A stretch of DNA of 64,000 nucleotides, taken from the NCBI GenBank assembly GCA_017499595.2, contig CM038999.1, positions 1,302,001 through 1,366,000 on the forward strand, given 5' to 3'. Made by a program: the position numbers and the translations under genes. A model generated the notes under the pieces. The model was not told the origin of the DNA. It did not search any database and worked only from the letters and a program-made list of their open reading frames with translations. This DNA comes from Psilocybe cubensis (lineage: Eukaryota). Below, piece by piece: positions 23,367-37,038 of this stretch; the first letter of the stretch is position 1; each line of letters starts with the position of its first letter.

Positions 23367-24942
23367 GGCGTGGAGAGGATGAGAGAGATAGAATAGAGAC
23401 GAGTTATCCAAAAAGATATATGGTACACGATAGAAATGAATATGCAAAAGAAGTGAAAACAGATACGTGAAAGAAAAGCAGAAACGAAGAAAGACTTTGC
23501 GGAAGCCGAGGGGTGGGGGACGTTTAAAAAAAGAACAGAAGGAAATAATGTATGAAGTAGAGAAGAAGCACGGTGGATATGATCAGTGAACAGAGAAAAA
23601 GTCCTCCACGATCCGCGTTTTGGGTGGTAAGCCAAATGAACAAGGAATAATTAAAGTATTGTGGTGTGAGTTGTCCGTGTTTGTGTGAGATATGCGGGGA
23701 GTAGCGACAAGGGGGAGCAGGAGAATGACGAGGTGGAGGAGCCAATGACAGCAGGTATCAGGTGAGATCAGGCAAGGCGAGGAGTGGATATATCGTCCAA
23801 AAAGGGTGCCAGGGGAAGAGCGGGGAAACAAGAAACACGGGAAAAAGAAGAAGAAACCCGGGAAATGGCCTAGAATCTGGAACGACCTCGGGGGGCCAGG
23901 AGCCACTGTACAGAATAATCTCCCAAGGTTGCAGATGGAATGCGCACGCATTTTGCCGTGACGTTCCGAAAATAGGTACATAGGGAACAACGGAAATTGA
24001 AAGCCGATGGCGATAAGTCGTAATCGCTTGCTCTGAACCAAACAGCGGCGAAGGAGGCTCCCGTGTGTTGCATGCACACTACGTGATGAATGATTGAAGG
24101 AAGTCAAGGTGAGGACAGATCTAAAAGGCCCTCTCGTCGCAATACTGCGGTAACAGTGTTGCCAAGACAATTTCCATTTTGAGAGAGAGCACACATACAC
24201 ACGCTCGGGAGGATTGGATTCCAAGATTTCCCGGGTTAACGAAAATGAGAAAAGAAAGCACCAGATAAATACGATGAAGAAAACACTGATGAGGAATAAG
24301 AAAGCACGTAGGATGAATGGGTAGAGAGATCGACCGACGACAAATCGAGACCGGTATTCATAAGTGTTTGGGATCCAGGGAAATAAAGGTGACTGATGAT
24401 GATAAACAGATCCACTGATTGAAGAGGTGTCGTCGTCGTCGTCGATCTAGAATATTCGTGTGGATAGGGGGAGAATAGCTTTTCGTGACGATTTTCGTGT
24501 TGGCATCTAAGAAGTACAGGAGGACATGAGAGAGCAGGAGAGAATAAAAAACGAAAATAGGGCTCGGCATCGTTTGCGATGATTTCGGAGGCTAAAACGT
24601 CGTTGGAAGAGTGAACAACCTGGCAATGGCGTCGGCCGGTGCCGTTGCAGAGAGATTCATTCCGAAACACGACGACACAGCATCGCGATTCGCCGATCTG
24701 AGTTTTCGAATCGCTTGCAAGCAAGCGGGGAAAGAGCAGAGGGGGGTTTTTATTTGGCATTTCCAAAGGGTTTCCTACCATTCCGAAACGAGTTGAGGAA
24801 GAGGAAAGATGGAAATGCTGACTAGTCCTACCATACACCGGGATGGGGGGACAGTTAACAAGGATATATGCAAGCCATGGAATAGCCGAATAGATTATAA
24901 ATCCAAGGTCTAGGAAGAACCGAGAGAAGCGGTAATGACAAG

Positions 24943-26877
24943 TCATCGTGGTGCTCCTGAAGGGTTGCCGACGCTCCGTTGTGATGGTGCTTGCGAGGTA
25001 TAGGTTGGAGGAGGACCTTGTCGTTGCGAGTGGGTAGCTTGAGTATACGAAGGCGGTGGTGGATTAACGGCGGCATCCCCAGGTTTCGGCTTGGGAACCG
25101 CTCCTTCGAGACCCTTGTAACCATAAGCCTTGCCAAATTCCGTGATCATTGCCTTGCCCATGAGACAAACCCATCCAATGCCCTCTCCATTAACACACTG
25201 ATCCGGCCAATACAACTCGCCCTCTTCATCTTCAAAGTCCGGCTCATGTTCCTCCGTGGGAGACAAGGTGGAATACATCATACGTGCCCAAGTCTGGGGG
25301 AAACACCGCCTGAGAATTGGGAGATTCAAAGTCTGCTGGGACGCCTGAGTGCACCAAACAGTGTGGTTATAGTTTGTTGTCAGATCCTTGAGGCTCTGGA
25401 CTAGGGTAGAATTGATGGGCTCCCCAACGTTCGACATGGCAGTCATGACATGCGGTGGGATCGGGGTGGTACTTTCCCGGATATATTGTGGCAAGAGCTT
25501 GAAGGGCACAGAGCCAGTATACTGAGACTCGCGCGACGCGGCGTGGTTCGCAGCCTGTGTTGCCCGAGTGGCAGCATTGGCAGTATTGTTTGAAGGTGTG
25601 CCCTCATCTCGATTAGCAGGCGTCGAGTTTGAACTGCTGGGAGAGGGCAGCATAGGTGGAGCCTTTCCATTTAGAAGGCCCAAGCTTGCTGCGAATACAG
25701 GATCGGCTTCCACAGCCGCGGCAGCAGCGGATGCGATCTTCTTTTCAGCACCCTCCAGAACCTTATCCATATCGGCATCCAAAGAGTTGTGCACGCTATG
25801 ATACATGTTTCGGCCCCGAATAAAGGCCTCGATCATGTATCTGGAAATACGGCTTAGGAAGGAAGAACAAACCAAGGTTCGAAAGAGGGAAAACTTACAC
25901 CAAACCGAGGAATGCTCTCTCTGCGTCACTAGTACCTTCTTCAATCTGCCACTTTTGTTTGCACCATGACACAAAAGGTTCAATGGTGCTCCAAGTCTGC
26001 ACGATGCAAGTGCGCCTGCCGTAATCTTTATTCCATATTGAATAAGTGAAGCAGACAAGTGCGTCAAGGAGTTCCAATCGGGCGATCAGGCCGCCATGCT
26101 TGTGATAGGGCGAGCTAGGATGAGGAGGATCTAGAAGAGGACGATGCTCCTTGTGCCCTGGAGGGTATGTTGACCAGAAACGAGCGTCTCCGGAGTACTT
26201 TAGTATACGACCTGCCTGGTGGTATTTGTCGTACAAATCGTCGAAATGCCTGAAGGAGGGCCTGCCTTTCTTGGGCCGGCGGATGGGAACGTCTATTGTC
26301 GATCCGCGAGGGACGGGAATGACGATGGGCTCTTCCTCCCTGACCTCGCCGTCCTCGGGCTCTGAGCGCGCGGATGCGGACAGAGGACCGAAATTGGACT
26401 GACGGTGGGATATTGAGGGTGGTTGGGGCTGCTGGGTCTGGGAAGAGGACTGATAAAGGGAGATATTGGCGGATTCGGTTGGAGAGGTGGAGGGTGGATG
26501 ACGCTGTGTAGATGTTCTCGATGGGAGAGGATTTGTTCTGGGCCGTTTGACGGGGTCAGAATCGGTAGAAGAGTCTATTTTCCGCTTGAAGCCGACTACC
26601 GGTGAGGCGGCACGGGAAGGTGGGGGCGAGGGCGGTAGGGTGGAGGGCAAAGGGGTGCCCAGGTCGCCGATCATCTAATGTAAAGAATGAGGATGGAGGA
26701 TGAATGAAAGGTAACTGGATGCAAACGAACCTGAAGAGCCTTGTGCAGCTGGTCGCGAGTCCATCGCCTTGGAGGGGGGCGGTGTAAGCAGCGTCGAAGG
26801 GTGAATCTGTGTTATACTCACCGTTTCCTGAGTCGTGCGGACGAGGAGGAGGAAGACGGGTGGGAGTCGTCGGGCAT
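24943..26877 (-). CDS. Conserved nuclear protein with a probable AF4/FMR2-CHD (Ebp1 C-terminal)-like helical domain
   Basis: Four exons join in frame (MPDDSHP...RKR|RWTRDQLHKALQ|MIGDLGTPLP...LGL|IYMIEAF). The motif YHQAGRILKYSGD...LLDALVCF resembles the AFF-family YxxEAKKLKHxAD...YLDAVxSF. Confidence 0.65.
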
Positions 26878-28642
26878 GACTGAAGGAGGGGGGATGGTGG
26901 TGGGAAGAGGACAAGATGAGGGACTCTAGCCAACGCAACAATGAATTCAGAAAGTGGGTTGTGTCACCAATCTGTCACTGCGTCACAGGGCCCTCCAGAT
27001 ACGAACGGTGCCCCCGCAAACACGGCCAAACACCGTCCGACATGCATTCCTGCTGCCCACTGCCCACGCTGAACATCGACCACCGTCAGTCCAGTCCAGG
27101 CGAGCTCGTCGCCGCAAATCGCCCCAGAGCCAGTCCCAGCTGCAGCTGCAGACTGCCCGCCAGTGGTCTCTGCGACGAGGAGGGCTGAGGTAAGCGATTA
27201 AAGTTCCGAATCCGTGGATCCCGATCTGGAGATTATAGAGTGCCAGTGCGGAATACAGAAAAGTAAGAGGCAGGACACATGTCTCCCAGGCATGCGAATT
27301 TCATACAGATTCTAACACTGTCATTCTAGTTTGCATAGGCCACTGGTGCCTCCTACTACTTTGCTAGTCGTCCCGCTAGAATGTCTGCCCCAAATCGGTC
27401 TTGCCCGCACAACTCGCGGTATTGCCTTCCCAAGAGGTCCGGGGTATTTACGATCCCAGTCCAAACCAGGCCCACATGACGATCTTATTCTCTTCTACCA
27501 TCAGAAAGAACGCCAGTCCCGTCTCTTCCAGTCCAAAACCTACGGTAATTTTCCTGCTCAGATTGCCCCACTCGGGACTATGAGCACCTCTCTATGACGA
27601 TCGCTTTTGCGCGCACACTGGGCCTCCCTACGCGGAGGATTAAAAATACCACGCCACCCAAATAGGTCAAGTATGCACCTCGGACCATTTCTTCTTCCAC
27701 GACAGCGGGAGTTGATCCTTCACCAAGTACCTCTGCATTCCTTTACCTTTCAGGTCCACATACCACCTGTCGTCGTATTATATATCGCTGACTGCACCTC
27801 TGCTCTCCTCCACTCTCTACTCCACAAAATGTATCCCCCAAAAAGCCAAAACAACCACGCTGGATGACGCCCCCCCGCAAGAAGCAGGAAACCAAAAGTG
27901 ACAGCAGCATCACGTCCGTCAAAACGGATAAGATACATGCAACAACTAGCCCAGCCAATCTTTGCCCGACTTCCTAGCTTGGGTGGGAAGTCAATTCCTC
28001 AACCCGTCTGACACTGGCATTCGACGTAGACCCGGTACATCCGGGACATGAATTGATGGATGGTAAATGCTATACAGTATGATACAAAGATATCAATCCC
28101 GTCCGAGTTTCGAGTTCTCGTCCACACCCATACGTTACAGTACATAAACCATATGCAATGCACATTTATCCACTCCAACATGTACTCGGCACAGTGGACA
28201 ATAAACGGGTTTCTTTCGATAAGTGAAAACTCCGGTAACCAATTTTGCCTCCCAAGGGCTCAGCTCACTTCTAAGCTCAAGCTTATCATCCAACCAGCCT
28301 CCGGAGTCCACATTGCCGTCTGTCACAATCTACGACGTTCTTCTCCCGCCGCAAAAGCACTCCTTGATTCAGAAACGACCATAAAGTACCAGGGTTAGGG
28401 CCCATAATACAAGTTTGTTCCAATGATGAGCATTCCCGTGGTACACACCGCAGACAAGTCATCGGGCATAAATCGGAGGCGGACTCTGCGCGAAAACACC
28501 TGATCTCCTCCAGTTGAGCCCTGGGAGGATAGAAAAAGAAAGAAAGAAAAAAAAAGCAAAAAACGCGCTCCATTAATTCCCAGAGTACATGAAATCATAA
28601 ATGCGATATTCATAGCACAAAATTGAATTGACCAGAACAAAC

Positions 28643-28663
28643 CAGAACAGAACAGAACAGAAC
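28643..28663. repeat. (CAGAA)4 short tandem repeat
   Basis: Read directly. Confidence 0.8.
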
Positions 28664-31600
28664 CAAAGTTCAAGCGTAAGGAACCCTGCATCATTCCCCG
28701 TCTTCCTTCTCCCGACTCTTCTCTTCGTTTCAATACTGTACACCGATACGCACTCCAATCTTCATACCCACTGACTCAACCCATAAAACATCGGAAAGAC
28801 ACACAGACACACAACATGACCCATCCAGACTCGGAAACGCCAATCGGAATCCCCTCTTCAAGCTTTTGCATCGAGGAATGTCAAGTTTATTTCCGTCGAG
28901 TGCACCCCCCACTGAGCTTCAATCAATTATATCAACCAACAAGGATAGGACATTAACTACATACACGACCCCGAGGCCCCGGAAAACTCCCGAGAAAAAT
29001 AAAAATAAGAACATAAGTAATAATATAAGATCAGGGATCAGGGGCGTCGCGATCACTTTTGCCCTGACTCGGCTGGGGGGGCTGATCAGCCTCATCTTCC
29101 TTGTTGTTTACGTATAAAATAAGCTCGGAGAAATGATGGGTTAATTCACCCCTCACCAATGTCTTTTTCAGCCATTTTAGCTGTAGTGCACTTTTCTTTT
29201 GTATCTGAAAGGTTGGAACGAAGAGAAAAACACTAGGAGGACCAAGAAACACGACAATTTGCAAAAGGGCCAAGACAAACGCGGAGGCAATATTAATATC
29301 ACATCCCTTGAAGGGATGGAGTCCCGCTTTTTACTCCCTTTTAGCTTCCGTTAACCTTTTTTTTGCTTGGAAGTGTCAAGACTCAGCGAACTGAATATTG
29401 CTTTTTGCATGCAAAGCCCACGCGACACGCGGAGAAACGGCGCGACATGCGAGCACAAACGAAATTTCTAAAAGTCTCCAAAGGACTCTAAAAGGAACCG
29501 CATGAAAAGCCACCTTGAACGATCCACGACAAAACGGCGGCGGCGAGGAGAGTCGTGACGCACGATGCGCATCTACGTATCGGCCAAGTGGCAACAACGC
29601 GAATTATTATGAATGATTCTGATTCTGATCCTGATTTCCGTCGAGCTACGCATATACATCGACTCAGAAGCGTAAATAACGAGGTTCAAAGAAAATCTCA
29701 AGTGATAATTCCACAGTAACGAACGGAATACGCTGCTGGGACTCGAATAACACGAACAAATCGTTGGTACATGCTACAATAATAACCATATAGTACCCGT
29801 CCTAATGAACTGTATCATACACCCAAAACAGCCAAAAAGCCACCGCGAAACTCTTCTGATTAACTGAGGTGTCCCGTGTCATGTTACCCGCGGGAGTACA
29901 TGCGTACGACGAGTACGAGCATCAAGAGCATGATCATCATCGTCATCAGCTGCTATCCAGCCAACTACATATATCCAAAACCCCAACACCGACGCTGTTC
30001 CATAGACCGGTTCCTGTCATCAAAAGTTGACGATTTACGGGGCAAAAGCGGCGACTCACCTCGCTGGCTGGCTGCGCAGCACCGTTACCGCCGTACAAAA
30101 AAGAAATACAAACTCCCAGGACAATGGGAAGGGGGAGACCAAAGCATGAAAGTTTCCCTTCAGGGTTCTCGCTGTTCAGGATTAGTGGAATTTAGAGGTT
30201 ACGAAGTTGATCATGATCGTTCTCGTGACGGATCCATAGGCCTTACCCCCGCCAATCCCTTCTAGAATTTAATAAGAATAAGGTATCATCAGTACACACA
30301 CTGATCCACTCAGCCACCTGTAATGCATCACTTACCTGCCTAATAAATCCGAAGACGCCAAAAATCGCGTCCCTTGGATCGTTTACAGAAAAACGAAAAG
30401 CAAGTAAAACGCTAAACCACAACGGGTCCGGTATAACTTCGATCTGCAACCCAATAGAAATTCTTTTTTTCCGACTTCAACGCCAATTCTACCTTGTCAA
30501 AAGTCAATTGCTCGTTGAAATATATCTCCCCGGTATTTCCGTCACGTCAAAGTTTGCTGTTCTGTCTGACAGGGGGTCGGTCAGGCTTTCAGGACAGGTG
30601 AATATACGTATGAAAATACGTAGTCATGTTTTCAGGGCAAACAAACATGTCAGAAAGTCTCCACCTCTCCTCAGAGTCCGAGTCATCTCAACAACACATA
30701 TACAACATGCATCACCCGCTGCCAGTGTCGAGTAACCATCTGCAACGTGATGGATCCTCTCTCTAGCAATCCATCTGGCATCCGTCGACCGAAAGGAAAA
30801 CTGAGCTCAAATCTATAAAGACACGAAAATCCACAGATGAGACTTATTGTTCGCAACACCTCGGAAGGTGATAACAGCCCCCTCACCCGCCGATGCGACG
30901 CGTCTGAGCTGCCATTCCACCCGTCCAACAAATTTTTTGAAAAATCAAACAATTGACACACCCACAAGTTCTATATCAAGCCTGACTAACCGGCATCTCC
31001 CAGGCTCGAGGGGTAGAGTACAGACTCGATGTCGACCCTGCACAATAAAATATATTTGTATACATCTTCTCAATGACAGGAACAGGAAGATGGATTAAAA
31101 ACACGCACATAATGATATAAGTGGCGTTACTTTGGCGCAGAAATTGAGAACACATCCGCTTTTCAGATTTCCCAATTCCCATGGCCTTTGAATTAGATGT
31201 TCTTTTGCTCGGCAGGGACAACCCTGAACAACCACCCCCACCCCCGCCTTTTGAATTTCTTCGCGGAACCATCCGATATAGAAAACCGAAGCAACACAAA
31301 ATATGTTACAAGTGGCGCGCGCTTCTTCGTGTTTTTCTTCATTACACATTATTCCCAAATTATTCCCTACTTGAGCGCTTGGAAACTGCGACGTGACCAT
31401 GCCCATGACTTCAATACAATACCAAAGGGCATATAAAAATGCAATCTGTTACCAAACACCAAATTATTAGAAAGCCGGCCGAACCTGCCTGCGCGCCTTT
31501 CGGGTGGAAACGAAAAAAAAAAAGTTGCACCCTTTCATTTATTTCCATAGAACCGCAAGAAACTCAAAGTCCCAAAACCAGAATCGAATTCACCCGCGCT

Positions 31601-34054
31601 CCGTTCCACGCAAAAAACAATAAGTTGAGGCGAATGGGCAACGCAGGCGATACAAAGATAGGCACTATGTATCCAGTTGAATGCGTATAGCTACCGCCCG
31701 CCCGCGTCTGGGCGGCGGCGTGGAACGGCATCGCCAGTTAGGTCATCCCATCATTTCGCAAACTAGCCCTTTCGCACCTCGCGCCCGCTGCTCCTGGCTC
31801 CACCAGTCAACCGCAAGCCTGACAAACTGGGATATACCAAAACGACGAGTAGTTATCAAGTAGTAAGCATCGCATGGGTCTGCATTACATTCCTGTGAGA
31901 AATAGACTTCTGCATGCCGAAACCGAGAAAGGACACAGAATGCGCCAGACCCAGAGGGGGGAATGATCCTTGAGACCCGAAGTCTCTGTCTCCGTCTGAT
32001 GTTCGTAGTCAGCCCACCCTTCGTTAACCCCAGATACCCAATTAAGAAAGGGAGAGCTGATGTCCGATATGCCAGGTTATACACTAGTCCATTTCCAATT
32101 ATCCAGCTGAATCGAGTGAAAAGCAAAAGAAAAAGCAAGGCAAAGAGGCAAAACAGAGTGTCCCTTCCGAGGTTTAAACACAACGCAATCACACCACCGG
32201 CGTCTCTTCGGTCTTGAATGCAGGTGGAGCAAGAGGCCTAACCCAACAGAAACGCGCATGAACAGAATTGGATTAAAAGAGGACCATACAAGGCTCGATC
32301 AGGCTCGATCGGCAGAAAGCGTCTCCGGGAATGGGGGCAATAAGGATAAACTGACCCATCTCCCATCAAAACCGGGGAACATTAAAGCCTGAAGGCCTGA
32401 ACAGTAGACAGATGTGGGGGAGACGGTAAAGGATGGAAGAGAAGAAGAAGTGTGAGGGTGATCATGAGCAACATGTATCGCGTGCCATCCAAACTCGCCA
32501 CTAGCTCCACACCGCTGATCAGAAGAAGCCCCCAAAAAAACAAATCACACCACCCATTCCTGTCACTGTGTCCATACACCTACATAAATGAACCCAAGAC
32601 ACAGGCACTCGGTGAGAGAGGTGAGTGAATAGAAATTTCGGATAACGGATTACAGTGCTCCTGCACAGACGCAAATGCGCTGGGTGCAGCATATATCCCC
32701 GGCCGAGGGAAGAACAGAGTGCTTTCTTCCTTTCCATTCCATGACGCGCGTTTTTTCGTCTACGACCCTCTATACCCGCATCCCTGCCGCACTCCACCAC
32801 ACGAAGGACAATCGCAACACAGCCGCGCGCGCATGCAGGCGCGCCGTGTGTGGCGACCGCTCCCAGCCCGAGGAGAGTTAGATAGAAAGAGAAAGAGAAG
32901 GGAAGGGAAGCAACCCGGTGAGAGAAAGCCGCGCTCCTAGCACACAAGGAAAAGAAAAGTTTCTGGAAATACGACGAACCGCCTAGATAAGGAGTGCGGC
33001 CGCATTGGTGGGTGGCGGCATGATTGTAATTGCCCACACGACCTTCGAAGGTCCAGAGGCATGGATAATTGAATAAATTGATGCAACAGTTTCATAACGT
33101 CATGTGAAGCAAGAAAAAAAGCTGCAAAGCAAGTGGGGAGATGGAAAAGCCCCCTACGGCACCGGGAGGGCGGCATGCAGATCAACCGAGTCTTGAGAAA
33201 AACAAAATTGGCGAGTTGTCCATGTAGCAAGGTAGTAAAGTCTCTGGGAACCTTCGAGGCGCGGTGTCGAATGCGTCGAGACCAGTATCAACCCTCTGCG
33301 CCGCGGCCGCACAAAACCGGTAGCAAAAATCCCCTCCCTCCGTTATTCATGGACCACGAGCGCAGCACCGTATCAACGTCCAGCTCATCAACCACCCGCA
33401 AAAACGGGGAATTGCTGGCAAAATGATGAACTCCTGAACGGACATTTGCAAGGACAATCACAAAAACAAACTGATTTTTATATCCTAGATCGACAGTTGG
33501 CTGGTGTAGTGTATCAGGAGACAAGTGGACAGCGAGACGTGACAATATCAGTTGACCGTCGAGACCTCGAAACTGCTGACGGTCGCTCGACAGTGCAACC
33601 AAGTCCGGTCCGTGACATCTACTTCCACGATCACGAGATGTACGGTCACAGTCACGTGTGCTAATGACGCGCGCTTCAGGGTCACACAACAATGAGCCCA
33701 CACACAAAGCATGACGCGTTTTTTTCATCGTCACCAAAAGTTTGGAAGCAGAAGCAGGATATATACATTGCGAGGAATATTAAGAGTACTACAACAGGGA
33801 GAGTTTGACGGATAAAGAAGTATTCAAGAATACGAGGGATAGATAGAGAGAAACGCGATGGTGGTACAGAACGGAGATTTATTTACATTTGTACAAGATG
33901 GGATTATAGTCAATCCGGAGGGCTGGGTGATAGACATGAACAGAGGATGAAAAATAAGAGGGTATGAGTATGCAAGATACAGATGGAAGATGGAAAAATG
34001 CCAGAAATCTATAACACAACAAGAGAAAAAGAAAAAGGAACAATAGGCAAACTT

Positions 34055-35498
34055 TTAAGTCCCGGATTTCTTTGCTCCTGTTCTCCGCCGTTGAATTTTG
34101 GCGGCTGGCTCGAGGGGCGGGCTGTTGGTCGGCGAGGCAGATGCAGAATCTTTCTCGATATCGACTGTGCGGACTTTCTTCGATGTCCGGCCCCGGGTGA
34201 CCATTCGCTCCGTCCCGGTCGACGCGCACTCTTCCTGCTCTTGCTCAACCTCTTCAACCACTTTTTCCAAATCATCTTCGGATTTGCGTTTTCTCGAAGA
34301 TGTCTCCACGACTGTGTCGCTTGATAGCACGGAGACCGAGCGCTTGCTGTCCACAAGTGTCTTCATCGACGACTGCGAAGCTGATCGCGAGTGAGTTGAG
34401 GATGAAGATGTCATGGTCAGTGTGGGCGATGGAATCGGAGTTGCAGATTCTTCCACGGGGCTGGCGGTGATGACTGAGGAAGACTTTTCTGTGGGCATGG
34501 ACAATGTGCGAGGCGAACGCGATGTAGGAGTGACCTTTCGGCGCGCCCGAGTGCTCGATCTAGGCGGGGAAACGTAAGCGGAGGCATCTGTTATCTGTTC
34601 TGCCACAGGTAAAACCTCCTCTGTAAGTGAGGTAGTCGGCGATGGTTGTTCCTCAACTGGGGCAGGGATGGCGGATGGACCTGCAACTGGGGCAGATGGG
34701 GCAGAGGGACCCGCGACGGGTGAGGCAGTCGTCTTCGGTTTAGCTTTGGCATTCGCATTCCTTTTCGCAGATTTCTTTCGGGGGATTTCTTCTGGCTTGA
34801 GAAGATTAAAGTATTCTTCGGGTGTCTGGACTTCTGGGACATCACCACTGCTTCGCAGGGCTCTCTTCTTCGTTTCCACCACCACGCCCTCTATGGGGTA
34901 CCACTGGCGTCGGATGAATGTGTACTCGAATTTAAGTTGGGCTGGAACAAGAGTATGCTTCATCTCTGCGATTCCGAGCCAGGGAAACGATGGTTTAATA
35001 AGACGGGGTTGATGTACTAGTAGTAGGACAGAACATGAGCACAGCACACGAGCGAGTACGGAAGAAAGTAGGCGACGTACATGCAATCTTGTTTACATTG
35101 TGCAAAGTCTCTCTGCGGCGTGCATCAGAGAAAAAGATCCAGTGGGCAGAGTCGCTGGGAGTCTTGAGGACATCGAGTGCGGCGAGGGCGAAGATGATCT
35201 CACTGGGGGGATCAACGAGGTAGCGCTGCTCGCGCACCTCGTTAAGATACTGCTGCACGGGAGGCCAGTTGGAGGCGTATAGAGTGTTTCCATCCTTGAT
35301 CCAGACGCCAGGTTCGATTTCTGTGAGAGGGGGAGGAGTTGACTGAGGCGGCGGACTGGGCAGCGATGGTGGGGGGATCTGGCGAGCAGGCCGCTCGATT
35401 GGGATGGGCTCTGAGCGAGCATCGGAGACAGAATAGGCCCATCGCGACTTCCAAGAGGTGTCGATGTCGGGGGTGGCTGGGTGTGGGTAGTCGTACAT
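34055..35498 (-). CDS. Hypothetical protein with a small folded N-terminal domain and a long disordered Ser/Thr/Pro-rich basic tail
   Basis: ORFs 34995-35864 (from MYDYP) and 34055-35086 overlap across a probable intron at ~34980-35080; coding-like composition. Confidence 0.65.
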
Positions 35499-37038
35499 TG
35501 GGGAACTCTGGGTTCTCAGGTGCAGTGGATGTGTGTAGTGTGTGTCCGGAGTGCTGCACTGGGTGGTGGTTGTGGTGGAGAGGTATTGGCTTGTTGAGAT
35601 ATGGCGAGGAAAGAGATATTGTGTGGAGGAGGAGTCTTGGGGAGCAGCTTGGATGGCTGGCAGCTGAGGGGAGTGAATAAAGAGGGAGTCTCTGTCAAAG
35701 CGAGGCCAAGTGCTCGACAGGCGCATTACCCGTTTTGGGAAGGGGCAGAAATCATCTACCTCCTTTCGTACATCCTCACCCGTGGGAATAAATGTTCCAC
35801 TCGACTCTTTGTCTGCCCGTTGGCCACCAGTCGCCGCAAGGGACAGTGTTAGCATAACTCGCAATGGATCCCCGCCAACTTTTAATCTAATCCATCATCG
35901 ACTTGCCGCTATTACTCGACTTGTTTAACCGACCGGGTACTTTAGTTGTTCTATTTTCAAATCCCTCTATCTAGTAACAAAATCTCCTCTTTCTTTTCTT
36001 CACTTCGCGTTCGCGTATTCTCCTGCCTCGAGGTCCCTTCTTCAATTGTCCACTTCATCATATCAGTTCCCATCCCACCGTGCGTCCGCCAACAGCCACG
36101 AGGCCCAGTCACTGTACGTCTTCTGATTCCCCGCGACATTTTTCTGCCTCTTCCAGCACGCTGTTCCACAGCTTCAAGTCCAAATCTGGAGATCTAACTA
36201 TGAGGATTGCTCGTAATACAAGTTTCATATCAATCTGCACTGTAGACGCGTGCGCAGGTAGCCGCGGTGGCGCTGCTGCTGCTGCGAATGACTGCTGGGA
36301 AAAAAATGTCAGACATATCATTCACACCACTCAAATCGAAGCAACACAAAAAAAAAGAAAAGGAAAAAAAAGACAAACACGCCCACCTCTGTGCGTTCCA
36401 CGTGCCCGATCACCATCACAGTGCACAGGCGTTCTGTCGCCCATTCGCCAGACGATTCGTCCAGCGCCAATTCTGTATCGACGAGCAGCCCGAACTTGCC
36501 GTCCAGCAGAACAGCTAGCCCCGTGTCCGCGTTGTAAGATGTGATTCTGTCCATACACGCACATTAATTTCGGAGCATGCTTCAAACCCACACCCATCCT
36601 TCTTACCGCCCCGCAACGCGGATTTTCCTGCTGATCATCCCTTCGTCCACCTTACATATTCTCGTACGAGCTGCGCTTTCAGGCTGTTGCGGCATCCACC
36701 TTGCTCGTTACACAGTTTACAACTCCTTAGGCGAGATGAATGGGGTGCAACGGCAGGTTATGCAGGTGTTTGCAACAATAACAACAACAAAAAAGTCCAA
36801 ATCCCTAGGTTTAGAGTTTGCAACTTTCATGACGCGCCCTCAAGGACCCTGCCCAACATTGTAACCGTACACCACGGTCACGTGGACATTCAGTCACGGG
36901 TAATCGAAAGGCCGCGAACTCGTTCGGCCCACCGGGAAAACATCCGAACGACATTGAATTGAAAATGTACAACTTGGAGTAAAAAGGTCAATAAAACAAG
37001 GGCAAAAAAAAGCGCCAACGCCAGTCGCAATAGTCTCC

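Noticed and set aside
22956..24946. Long - strand ORFs (163, 191, 213 and 236 aa) downstream of the AF4-like gene
   Set aside because: Low-complexity F/S/L/H-rich translations of a pyrimidine-rich 3' UTR or intergenic tract; no domain motifs.
33540..33720. Short inverted repeats (GACCGTC/GACGGTC; ACATCT/AGATGT) as a structured RNA
   Set aside because: Stems are only 6-7 bp and there are no snoRNA or tRNA boxes; compatible with chance or with promoter CGCG motifs.
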